Sequence record: OR352940.1
Reading direction: 5' to 3' (one strand)
Origin: Escherichia phage AV110
Length of the DNA: 64,000 nt
The notes below the pieces were generated by a model, which had not been told where the DNA came from, ran no database searches, and saw only the letters and a program-made list of their open reading frames with translations. Both the position numbers and the translations under genes were made by a program. Each line of letters starts with the position of its first letter. The stretch's first letter is position 1. Below are positions 36,036 through 44,422 of this stretch, piece after piece.

Positions 36036-36606
36036 ATTCTCTACATTCCATAATAAATTGCTCAAGGATTAAATTGTTAGTGAAATTAGGACTAACAACC
36101 ATAGTTTCATAAAGCGCATCAATAGCACTTAAAGCATCAACTCTTTTAAGCAAAGGCTTGCCTTCATACATAGTTTCAGAATCGACGATTAAAGTGAAGT
36201 AGTATTTTTTATTATTGACCAGAACTTCTGTATCAATATAAAACATGTTAGACCTTAAAAGCTTATCTCTAAAACCATAATAATCTTTAGAGCGTTCGCT
36301 GATATATTCCCATTCGGTGTTTAAACAACAAACAGACCATGTAGGAGCAACGAAATCGGTGAATCTAATATCATGGTCTGCAACTAGTTTAGCAATAGCT
36401 CCGATATCATGAATCATAATACCTGGGGCTAATAAAGATTTTCTGCTATGGCTAGCTGTTTTCTCAGTAGTCTCATAAGAAGACGACCAGTACCATTTAC
36501 GCCCAGTTGCAACATATCGTAATGAATCAACTAAAGACGTAGGTGGATTTACCTTATCTCGGAACTCTTCGAACATTGAGTCAATATCATTATTTTGGTT
36601 TCGCAT
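36004..36606 (-). CDS. Hypothetical protein with C-terminal ..EQFIMECREY.. motif
   Basis: ORF track 36004..36627 trimmed to MRNQNN at 36606 (SD AAGGAG). Confidence 0.5.
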   Translation of the reverse strand: MRNQNNDIDSMFEEFRDKVNPPTSLVDSLRYVATGRKWYWSSSYETTEKTASHSRKSLLAPGIMIHDIGAIAKLVADHDIRFTDFVAPTWSVCCLNTEWEYISERSKDYYGFRDKLLRSNMFYIDTEVLVNNKKYYFTLIVDSETMYEGKPLLKRVDALSAIDALYETMVVSPNFTNNLILEQFIMECREYVKANPIHAK

Positions 36607-36628
36607 GTTAACTCCTTTATTATCCAAA

Positions 36629-36646
36629 AGGAGGACCGGAGTCCTC
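36629..36646. terminator. Perfect hairpin GGAGGAC-cgga-GTCCTCC with T-runs on both sides
   Basis: 7-bp stem; on the minus strand followed by TTTTGG, directly after the stop of the gene at 36656..37249. Confidence 0.6.
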
Positions 36647-36655
36647 CGTATTATT

Positions 36656-37249
36656 TTATTTCAAAGAGTTAATATATTCTTGTACATCAGCAGAAGTGGT
36701 TTCAACGCCGGCTGGAGTGCCATTGAACGTTTCAACACGAGTCAGAGTGTCTTCGATATCAACCTTAGTCAGTGCAGCGATTTCAATTACATCATCGGCC
36801 GTAGAGATACCAAGGGCATTGGCTGCTCGAGTTTCACGAATGTATTCGAGTTTGATTGCCAGGTTCTGACGAGCATCGTCAAGTTCAACCACCTTACGAG
36901 CAATTTCAATTCGCATAGCGGCATACCCGTCAGCTTTTGTATTAAGTTGTTCGGCAGTTCGACGATACAGAAGACCAAGCTTAGCATGCATGGTAACATC
37001 TTGTCCTTCAGCCAGGAGCTTACGAATTTCACGTTCCTTAGAAGCGGCTTGCTTGTTCTTTTCATTAACAAGTTCGCGAATACGTTTTTCTTCATTAATA
37101 GATTTAACAGAAGCCGTTTTTAGTTCTTTGATTTGGGTAATCAACTTATCTGCAGCTGCGTTATACTGTTCTTCGACAGTCAGATTTTTAGCCATAGCAG
37201 TACCCAGTTTAGTGCGGATGAATTCAACAAGTTTCTTCAGTGTGTTCAT
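36656..37249 (-). CDS. Coiled-coil protein, function unknown
   Basis: ORF track 36656..37264 trimmed to MNTLKK (SD GAAAGG); strongly helical, charged composition. Confidence 0.55.
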   Translation of the reverse strand: MNTLKKLVEFIRTKLGTAMAKNLTVEEQYNAAADKLITQIKELKTASVKSINEEKRIRELVNEKNKQAASKEREIRKLLAEGQDVTMHAKLGLLYRRTAEQLNTKADGYAAMRIEIARKVVELDDARQNLAIKLEYIRETRAANALGISTADDVIEIAALTKVDIEDTLTRVETFNGTPAGVETTSADVQEYINSLK

Positions 37250-37254
37250 ATTAT

Positions 37255-37320
37255 TACCTTTCAATTGGTGGTTTATTATCCAACGAGAGCATTATACTCT
37301 GCTCTCAAGAGTTTGTAAAT
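37255..37320 (-). promoter_or_regulatory. Early promoter in stem-loop; near-copy of the element at 7957-7993 with compensatory arm change (GAGAGC/GCTCTC)
   Basis: Minus-strand reading TTTACAaactcttgagagcagagTATAATgctctcgttggataataa. Confidence 0.65.
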
Positions 37321-37547
37321 TATTTTTTAATCAAATTGACATAAAACTTGGCGTCTTCGGGGTGCATGCCTTCGCAGTATTCTTCAACCATGAACTTCTT
37401 AACAGCTTCATAAGGACCACTCAGATTAAGCTCAGTTGCCCAGAACTTGGAATCTTGGACTGAATCGATACGAACTTCGGGGTGGCGGTTGCGAATAACT
37501 TCTTCTGTGTATTCATAATCAACGACATCAATATTAACTTTAGCCAT
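37320..37547 (-). CDS. Hypothetical protein
   Basis: 75-aa ORF. Confidence 0.5.
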   Translation of the reverse strand: MAKVNIDVVDYEYTEEVIRNRHPEVRIDSVQDSKFWATELNLSGPYEAVKKFMVEEYCEGMHPEDAKFYVNLIKK

Positions 37548-37593
37548 TTTGTTTTCCTCTTGATTTGATAGGACTACTATAACATAAACTTAC

Positions 37594-37758
37594 TTAGATG
37601 TAAATTATTTCAACGTCACCTTTAGCTGCTTTATAACCTTCAGCCCAAGATACAACAGAGTTTTTATCCGAGGATTCAAATTCAGGCATTGGACTTTCAC
37701 CAATATTCACACAGTATGTTTCTTCATTTTCATCGAACCAAATAATTAAAGTAGTCAT
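37594..37758 (-). CDS. Hypothetical small protein
   Basis: ORF track 37594..37821 trimmed to MTTLIIWFD at 37758 (SD GGAG). Confidence 0.4.
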   Translation of the reverse strand: MTTLIIWFDENEETYCVNIGESPMPEFESSDKNSVVSWAEGYKAAKGDVEIIYI

Positions 37759-37817
37759 TTTGTTTACTCCTCTGTAGTTGATAAGTCTATAGTACCACCA
37801 TCCTTGGCGTTTGTACA

Positions 37818-38321
37818 TCATTTATTTTTAATTTTGCAAATTTTTTCTGCTTCAGTAATTGCAGCGTCAATGATGCTTTGTGCAATTTTATTACTAGTTG
37901 ACCTGGCAATCACACTAAGAACAATTTCTTTTTCTTCACCACCCCAACCCCAAGTCCTTTGTTCGTGGGTACCTTTAACTACAGCTGAAACTTCAACAGA
38001 ACGTCCACCATCAGAAGTTTTAACATCTACAACCCAATCACCATCTTTCTCTTCTACCCTTGATTTATCCCAAGAAATACTAATATATGATTCGCCGTCA
38101 ATAGAAGTCGCCGGGTTTTTCTCTACCGTAAGACCTTCACTTTCCAGCCATTCAATAGTATTTGCGCATAAATCAGAAGAACACCTCATCGGAAACCGGC
38201 AAGATTTTTCACCTTTAGATGCTGCATCGTACATCTTTTCCAAAATACGCTTTTGCACGTTTTTAAAAATAGTTTCAGCAAATTCTTCAGATTTTTTATT
38301 CAGTTCAGTGTAAAGACTCAT
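37818..38321 (-). CDS. Hypothetical protein
   Basis: 167-aa ORF. Confidence 0.5.
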   Translation of the reverse strand: MSLYTELNKKSEEFAETIFKNVQKRILEKMYDAASKGEKSCRFPMRCSSDLCANTIEWLESEGLTVEKNPATSIDGESYISISWDKSRVEEKDGDWVVDVKTSDGGRSVEVSAVVKGTHEQRTWGWGGEEKEIVLSVIARSTSNKIAQSIIDAAITEAEKICKIKNK

Positions 38322-38416
38322 AACATTTTCCTCTATGGTTGATAAGTCTATAGTATCATGTCCTTAGAAGAAGTAAACATCTTTATGAAATATTTTTATG
38401 CCCTAGATACCAAAAG

Positions 38417-38438
38417 GCCCCAACCATAAGGAAGGGGC
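38417..38438 (-). terminator. Rho-independent terminator GCCCC-(12 nt)-GGGGC + CTTTTGG (repeat of 22863-22884)
   Basis: Same stem and loop sequence as the rI terminator, followed by a U-run. Confidence 0.6.
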
Positions 38439-38444
38439 ATTCTA

Positions 38445-38909
38445 TTATTTAATTTGTTTAGCAGACCAGATACGGTCTTTAATAAGTTTTTGGATATCTT
38501 CAACATACTCAAGGCTATGAGCGTGAGGATTATCTTTGAAGCTATGTGCTCGTGCCAGTTTCTGGCCTTCTGTTTTGATTACTAAAAGCTCTTTAAGAAT
38601 TGCTTCATACTTAGAAATAATTCCTTTGGCGATATTTTTTTCTTGAGTTGCTTTAGGGTCTGTTTTTGGCGCAGGTGCTTTACCTGTAGCTTTCTGGAAC
38701 AATTCACCTGATGCAGCTAGGCTTTTAAAAACTCGGCTAACAGTATTAGCATTAGTAAAACCTTCGGCTTTAAAATCTCTAATAAAACGGAAACGTTCTT
38801 CATCAGAGGCGTCTTTGTAAGAATATTTACCTGCTTGAATTGCTGCAATCGCAGCGGCTTTTACATCTGAACTAGATTGTTCAGTCAAAAATTCAGCGTA
38901 TGATTTCAT
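38445..38909 (-). CDS. Internal-protein-like protein with capsid-targeting signal (MKSYAEFLTE)
   Basis: 154-aa ORF; N-terminus resembles the capsid-targeting sequence; Ala/Lys-rich body. Confidence 0.6.
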   Translation of the reverse strand: MKSYAEFLTEQSSSDVKAAAIAAIQAGKYSYKDASDEERFRFIRDFKAEGFTNANTVSRVFKSLAASGELFQKATGKAPAPKTDPKATQEKNIAKGIISKYEAILKELLVIKTEGQKLARAHSFKDNPHAHSLEYVEDIQKLIKDRIWSAKQIK

Positions 38910-38957
38910 GTTGCTTTTCCTAAGTTAATTAACTTATCTATTTATTATTATGCCAAA

Positions 38958-38981
38958 AAGCCCCGACCTTTCGGAAGGGCT
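38958..38981 (-). terminator. Hairpin AGCCC-(13 nt)-GGGCT + TTTTTGG closing the tRNA/small-RNA transcription unit
   Basis: GC stem then U-run on the minus strand, between the RNA locus and the internal-protein gene. Confidence 0.55.
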
Positions 38982-39030
38982 AAGCCTTGCGGCAACCTTG
39001 TCGGGGTTCCACCTGCTAAGGCAAGTGTTT

Positions 39031-39125
39031 GTACGAAACGCCGGGATTTGAACCCGGTTATTAAGCAGTTGACGCTACTCAATATTTTTAAAAGGCCATA
39101 TCTCGACCATATCCGAACGTTCCGT
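39031..39125 (-). ncRNA. Putative small stable RNA with tRNA-like T-arm and acceptor stem (possible counterpart of T4 RNA C/D)
   Basis: Minus-strand CCGGG-TTCAAAT-CCCGG T-arm followed by a 7-nt strand complementary to CGGAACG about 85 nt upstream; no convincing D or anticodon arm; ~290 nt with no ORF. Confidence 0.3.
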
Positions 39126-39292
39126 CAAAAACGCTACTCGGCTTACGGCAAAGATATTTCCTCGAATCGATAATTCGGTGCGCCGTTTCTGCTGTGATGT
39201 AAGGGGATATTAATAAATCGTAAAGATTTATTAAGACCAGTCCTTACTCAGGGAACATCAGTCCGACGACTTGCCGGTAGCGACCCGGCTTC

Positions 39293-39661
39293 TTATTTTG
39301 GCATATCATCAATTTGCTCTCGACGCCGACGCCATAGATTAATCGCTTCATAAACACATTCAGCATTTGGTATATGACGACAATAGTATAGTGATTCGCG
39401 TTTCTGGAACCGATGTTGTAATGGAATTTCGTTTAAAAGGTCTTTACGGTCAAAGTATTCAAAACTAGTTAACCCGGAACGGTTTTTAAGAAACTTCCAA
39501 TGGCCAAATTCATTTTGGAAATAAACGTAATCGGCGTGTTGATATAACGAATTAATCAACCGGTCGGAAATAACTGTATCCTGTTCATTAAAATAAAACG
39601 TTAAATCATGAACTACCAAATAAATATTGCCTTTCATATTTTCCTCACAGTGGTATATCAA
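39293..39661 (-). CDS. Hypothetical protein within the tRNA region
   Basis: 122-aa ORF. Confidence 0.5.
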   Translation of the reverse strand: MIYHCEENMKGNIYLVVHDLTFYFNEQDTVISDRLINSLYQHADYVYFQNEFGHWKFLKNRSGLTSFEYFDRKDLLNEIPLQHRFQKRESLYYCRHIPNAECVYEAINLWRRRREQIDDMPK

Positions 39662-40178
39662 ATTTAGTAGATTTTGAATCTAATTTTCTAATTATAGAAT
39701 TTATATCATGGAAGAAAAACCATTCGCCGTTTACATGGTCAGATTCATAAATTGAATGTAAGTATTTTTCGAGTTCAACCGCATCTTGAGAATATCTAAA
39801 TGATAGTATTTTAAAACTTTTAAATGGAGAAAATGTATTTGCCGATAAAGCTCTTATATCAGGTTCTATACTTCTTCCTATTTTATAATAATTTGGATTT
39901 TTAGTGTCAGCCATTATATAAACAAATGCCTGACGGTGGCTTTTTTCTATATCAAACTCATCTTTAAATTTTAAGAGATTTAAAGCAGCAGTTCTACAAA
40001 ACACTCGCCAAATAGCTTGTTGTTTTGCTCTTGACTTTAAAAGAAAATTTTCTTTATCCACAATTTTAAGATAGGCCACCTTTTCGATAAGTTCTTTAGT
40101 CATTTCAAAATTATAATGACCAATTAAGCCTTTTTTAATAGCCAAATTAATTTGGTCCCAATCTACATCGCTTCTCAT
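39645..40178 (-). CDS. T5orf172-like (GIY-YIG superfamily) domain protein in the tRNA cluster
   Basis: ORF track 39645..40271 trimmed to MRSDVDWD at 40178 (longer form overlaps a tRNA-like gene); C-terminal VYIMADTKNPNYYKIGRS..LEKYLH..GEWFFF resembles the T5orf172 pattern. Confidence 0.5.
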   Translation of the reverse strand: MRSDVDWDQINLAIKKGLIGHYNFEMTKELIEKVAYLKIVDKENFLLKSRAKQQAIWRVFCRTAALNLLKFKDEFDIEKSHRQAFVYIMADTKNPNYYKIGRSIEPDIRALSANTFSPFKSFKILSFRYSQDAVELEKYLHSIYESDHVNGEWFFFHDINSIIRKLDSKSTKFDIPL

Positions 40179-40196
40179 AGTGTTATTCTCATAAAT

Positions 40197-40273
40197 TGGC
40201 CAGTGTGGAAGGATTCTAACCTTCAACCTACGGTTTAGAGGACCGCTGCTCTGTACATTTGAGCTACACACTG
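40197..40273 (-). tRNA. tRNA-like gene, anticodon TCT (Arg) by position, with atypical D-loop, T-loop and position 33
   Basis: Hand-folded cloverleaf: acceptor CAGTGTG/CACACTG, encoded CCA, anticodon stem GCGGT/ACCGT, loop CCTCTAA; D-loop lacks GG and T-loop is TTAGAAT. Confidence 0.5.
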
Positions 40274-40301
40274 TACTAACTTTTATACTATATAAATTGT
40301 T

Positions 40302-40376
40302 TGGTGACCCTGGCTGGTTTCGATCCAGCTACCTATCAGTTATGAGCTGACAGCTCTCCCATTGAGCTACAGGGCC
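40302..40376 (-). tRNA. tRNA with anticodon CAT (elongator Met or lysidine-modified Ile)
   Basis: Hand-folded cloverleaf: acceptor GGCCCTG/CAGGGTC, D-arm GCTC-AATGGGA-GAGC, anticodon loop CTCATAA, T-arm GCTGG-ATCGAAA-CCAGC, encoded ACCA. Confidence 0.75.
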
Positions 40377-40455
40377 TAAATAACTTTCTATTATGAAAGG
40401 CACTTTAGAGCACCTTTGGTAATAGAGGGTATGAATTAATAATAACACATAATTC

Positions 40456-40971
40456 TTAAAGCAAATCAATCATTTTAACAGTCGGCAAAACAATTTCTTC
40501 TTCAATATAAGCGAATTCAACACGTTCAACTACACGCAAGAAATCATAGTCGTAGTATTCAGAAGCATAGCCAAGAATATCAATAAGTCCTTGAGATATC
40601 TCATCGCCTTTCACAAAGAACAGGTCGAATACGCGGCCTTCGTCTTCTTCAGATTTATCACCAAGGTCTACTTCAATACCAAAGACCTTTTTAATGAATT
40701 CCGGCTGGAGCTGGTCTGAGAACAGTCCTTCAACCAAGTATTCATAGATTAAAAGCGAGCAATCACTGAATGGTGTATTACCACAGTAACGTTCAGCTTT
40801 AGTGCTTGAATGACGACTCTTAAATTTCTTCAAGAGATATTTAAACTGTTGGAGCTCATGCTCTTCCACACCAAATAATGTTTTGGTTTTATAGTTGTCC
40901 CCGTCGTTTTCCCAAGTAGTGACATCAATTACGTAACCCTTAGGAATTGTACTGCCTAAACAAATATTCAT
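40456..40971 (-). CDS. Hypothetical acidic protein
   Basis: 171-aa ORF. Confidence 0.5.
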   Translation of the reverse strand: MNICLGSTIPKGYVIDVTTWENDGDNYKTKTLFGVEEHELQQFKYLLKKFKSRHSSTKAERYCGNTPFSDCSLLIYEYLVEGLFSDQLQPEFIKKVFGIEVDLGDKSEEDEGRVFDLFFVKGDEISQGLIDILGYASEYYDYDFLRVVERVEFAYIEEEIVLPTVKMIDLL

Positions 40972-40975
40972 TTAC

Positions 40976-41266
40976 TCACCGTACCATATTAATGTAATTA
41001 TATTCAATGCAACGTAATTTCAAAGGATTCTTGAAAATATCATATTCAAGAGGGCCTTTTTCTGTTTCAACAAAGAAATCGAAGTTAACGCTGTTAAATT
41101 TACGGTCTTCCCAGAGTAATTTAACTTGCGAAGACGAACGGTCGATATAAACCTTTTCAACCACGAAGTTGGTCAGAATACCATAGTCATCGACTAGTGC
41201 TTTAGCTGCAGCTCGGTCGCTTTCATATCCGTTCTCGACAGATTTTACTTTAGCATAAAGAATCAT
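40976..41266 (-). CDS. Hypothetical protein
   Basis: 96-aa ORF. Confidence 0.5.
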   Translation of the reverse strand: MILYAKVKSVENGYESDRAAAKALVDDYGILTNFVVEKVYIDRSSSQVKLLWEDRKFNSVNFDFFVETEKGPLEYDIFKNPLKLRCIEYNYINMVR

Positions 41267-41634
41267 GAATGTTCCACCATTTCAAAGGTACGAGCATCAA
41301 CAATATGATACCAGTCAAAATTTTCTTCCGCGTTTTTATAAATTTCGCGAAGAGCTTCAACAGTTTTTCCTGTAGCAACAAGGTCGTCAATACCACCAAG
41401 AGGATAACAGTCATAACCAGCAAACAGAAGGAAATTAATAGTTTCTGTAGGTTCTGTAGGTTCTGGATGCAGAACACCATTATCATCTACTACTTCAAAG
41501 AATGTGTAAGAAGGAGTACAAGTTTTAATCCAGGCCCATGCTTGAGCTGCTGAATCAAACGGATTACGGAATAAACGACAATCCGGGTCTTTAGAAGGAT
41601 TTGCTTCAAAATCCGCATATACGTGATATTTCAT
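41263..41634 (-). CDS. Hypothetical protein containing a PEPTEPTE repeat
   Basis: ORF track 41263..41667 trimmed to MKYHVYADF at 41634. Confidence 0.5.
   Translation of the reverse strand: MKYHVYADFEANPSKDPDCRLFRNPFDSAAQAWAWIKTCTPSYTFFEVVDDNGVLHPEPTEPTETINFLLFAGYDCYPLGGIDDLVATGKTVEALREIYKNAEENFDWYHIVDARTFEMVEHS
41443..41469 (-). repeat. Tandem 9-bp repeat (ttctgtagg x2 plus a partial copy) encoding PEPTEPTE
   Basis: Direct tandem repeat inside the CDS. Confidence 0.6.
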
Positions 41635-41635
41635 T

Positions 41636-41821
41636 TTACTCACCTTTTGCAATTTTATCCATAACAATAGCGATTAAACCGATTAGAAATGCTACTACCA
41701 ATGAGATAGAATTTTCGGTTGTTGTCAGTAGTCCGCAAATGAATCCTACAAACATCGAAAAACTAAAAGCCATTGAAGCAATTACTACAGCAACATTACG
41801 AATCAGTTCAGCGCGTTTCAT
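41636..41821 (-). CDS. Hypothetical small membrane protein
   Basis: ORF track 41636..41842 trimmed to MKRAELIRN (SD GGAG); single hydrophobic helix. Confidence 0.4.
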   Translation of the reverse strand: MKRAELIRNVAVVIASMAFSFSMFVGFICGLLTTTENSISLVVAFLIGLIAIVMDKIAKGE

Positions 41822-41850
41822 TTTATTTCTCCATTTACTCATTTTGTTTT

Positions 41851-41890
41851 GATAGGACTACTATAACATAGTCCTATCGTGTTGTAAACT
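41851..41890 (-). promoter_or_regulatory. PeSL-type early promoter (perfect ATAGGACT/AGTCCTAT arms)
   Basis: Minus-strand reading GTTTACaacacGATAGGACTatgttatagtAGTCCTATC. Confidence 0.6.
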
Positions 41891-41892
41891 AC

Positions 41893-42180
41893 TTACAGAA
41901 GAGTTTTTGCAATAATTTTAAGCTGAGCTACAGAAATATGCTTAGCTTTAAACAGTGCAGTCTCTTCAGCCGGAGAGATAACAATAGTAGCGCCATCTTT
42001 CTTAGCAGACCATCCGTCCCCTAAGTAAACAGTACCTTTTACTTCTTCACCGTCAACCAGACTAATCATTGGTTTACCCTCACGTCCTTTATTTGCTTTA
42101 ATAACTTCGGAAGTAAGGGTTGCTTCGGTTAGAGTAGAAACGTTAGCATCAGGTGATATAAATTCTTTATAGGTTTTCAT
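41893..42180 (-). CDS. Internal protein with capsid-targeting signal (MKTYKEFISP)
   Basis: 95-aa ORF with the conserved N-terminal signal. Confidence 0.6.
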   Translation of the reverse strand: MKTYKEFISPDANVSTLTEATLTSEVIKANKGREGKPMISLVDGEEVKGTVYLGDGWSAKKDGATIVISPAEETALFKAKHISVAQLKIIAKTLL

Positions 42181-42257
42181 TTTATTTCCTTGAGGTCGTT
42201 TATTTGATAGAATGATAGTAACACACCATCATCCTTATGTAAACTGTTTTGTGAAAA

Positions 42258-42943
<686 letters not shown>

Positions 42944-42947
42944 TTTA

Positions 42948-43682
42948 TTACCTTAAGATTGTTTCAATTTTAGAATAAAGCTCTTCTAAAGAGCCGTCGT
43001 TTGTAATAACTAAATCGCCTTCTTCAATAGGCAACCCAGCTTCTGTAATATGTTTATCGGTGGATTCCGTACCAGAGCGAACCACATGAATAACTGTAGC
43101 ACCCATCGCTCTAGCGGTTTCCATTTCATGGACTTGGCGTGTATCGGTTACAACATAGTAATCGAAATCACTTCCAATATAATCCATATAGTTTAATGCA
43201 AAAAGCTTAACCCAATACATACGGTCAAATAAATTAACGACAACATCCGTACCGAGGGCTTGCATAAGACGGCGGATTGACCATGTGTCGTTGATATTAT
43301 TTATAGCTTCACGCAGGGCTTCGTATGGTTTAATATCTAGATATGAATACCCACCTTCTAATGATGATAATACTTTAACATTATTAATTGGTAAATATTG
43401 ACTTTGTAAATAAATTAGCGCTTCTTCCATTAATTCAAGAACATCCAACTTATTGATATTTAATGGTGTTTCACGGTCGTATCCAACACCTTCAAAGTAT
43501 TCATATTTCAACTCAGTGAATACATCAGGGTTTTCAGCATGTTTACGTCCCCAGGCTATTGCTAGAGCGTCTTTAATCGGATATGCCAATTGGTATTTTA
43601 CGGATTTAAAGTTTGAATTGATGTAATCAGCAGTGGTGTCTTTACCACTACGTTTGATGCCGCTTAAAAAGATTAGCTCCAT
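42948..43682 (-). CDS. 1: dNMP kinase gp1
   Basis: 244-aa ORF; extended similarity to remembered T4 gp1 (LSGVKRSGKDTTAD.., ..GDLVITNDGSLEEL). Confidence 0.9.
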   Translation of the reverse strand: MELIFLSGIKRSGKDTTADYINSNFKSVKYQLAYPIKDALAIAWGRKHAENPDVFTELKYEYFEGVGYDRETPLNINKLDVLELMEEALIYLQSQYLPINNVKVLSSLEGGYSYLDIKPYEALREAINNINDTWSIRRLMQALGTDVVVNLFDRMYWVKLFALNYMDYIGSDFDYYVVTDTRQVHEMETARAMGATVIHVVRSGTESTDKHITEAGLPIEEGDLVITNDGSLEELYSKIETILR

Positions 43683-43735
43683 AGGTTTTCCTCATATAAT
43701 TTATGAGTGATTATAACATACGGAGCTAGAAGCGA

Positions 43736-44320
43736 TTAACGCAAGGAAGGGTGTCTAGAAATGGATTTAGATTCGGCTGCCTGACGTGGTTGTTGAGATA
43801 CAATGACTTCGCCATCCTTTTCTATCGTCATATACGCGTAGTGAATAGTTGCTACGCACGTAACGGCAGGGTCAGAGTCTTCAGTGTAACTAAATTCAAT
43901 TTCACTCAAATCAGAAATCCATGGTTTATAGAAATTTGCCGTCAAAACGACTTCAGTCTTATTGTTGTTTAAAATGTGCAAAGTAACAAACTCAGGACCA
44001 TCGGAGTGGGCCGTATTATGTCCGGTTATATAGTTATTAGTGCTGAGCATCCATTTATACATGTTCATCCAGGACGTCATGTCTTCATCAACTATAAATC
44101 GTACAACAAAAGGGTCATATTCAAATGTGGTGCCTGCACGCATTGCACGTCCTAACCCCATTGTGCCTGTCACAGTTTCAACAACAGGAATTCTCACACC
44201 TGGCAATGGAGCCGTTTGGGCATTGAGCACAAAACCCGAAGTTCGTGTACTATCTGGGATATCCACAACAAAGTTTGTTATATTTGTTTGGTTAAAAATC
44301 TGTCTCGCTGGACGAGTCAT
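43736..44320 (-). CDS. 3: Tail completion/sheath-terminator protein gp3
   Basis: ORF track 43736..44326 trimmed to MTRPARQ; assignment by synteny and size. Confidence 0.7.
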   Translation of the reverse strand: MTRPARQIFNQTNITNFVVDIPDSTRTSGFVLNAQTAPLPGVRIPVVETVTGTMGLGRAMRAGTTFEYDPFVVRFIVDEDMTSWMNMYKWMLSTNNYITGHNTAHSDGPEFVTLHILNNNKTEVVLTANFYKPWISDLSEIEFSYTEDSDPAVTCVATIHYAYMTIEKDGEVIVSQQPRQAAESKSISRHPSLR

Positions 44321-44422
44321 AAGCACCTCAAAAACGCTTTAATAAAAATGCAGTATAATGGTTTTAGGTCTCTTCCATTAATCTGGTTCAACAGAATATC
44401 AGAAGAACGGAAGAGAATAGAA

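Noticed and set aside
36656-37249. PspA/IM30-like identity for the coiled-coil protein
   Set aside because: Only general helical, charged composition supports it; no conserved PspA motif could be confirmed by eye, so it is left as a coiled-coil protein of unknown function.
39031-39125. A full tRNA gene at 39031-39125
   Set aside because: A T-arm and acceptor stem are present but no D-arm or anticodon stem could be folded and the length (~92 nt) does not fit; kept as a low-confidence tRNA-like small RNA.
39645-40271. N-terminal extension of the T5orf172-like ORF
   Set aside because: The first 31 codons are the reverse complement of the tRNA-like gene at 40197-40273; the start was moved to the Met at 40178.
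7957-42255. The repeated ATAGGACT...AGTCCTAT elements as a CRISPR array
   Set aside because: They are inverted repeats with irregular spacing of hundreds to thousands of bp, each directly upstream of a gene and containing promoter hexamers; no direct-repeat/spacer periodicity and no cas genes.
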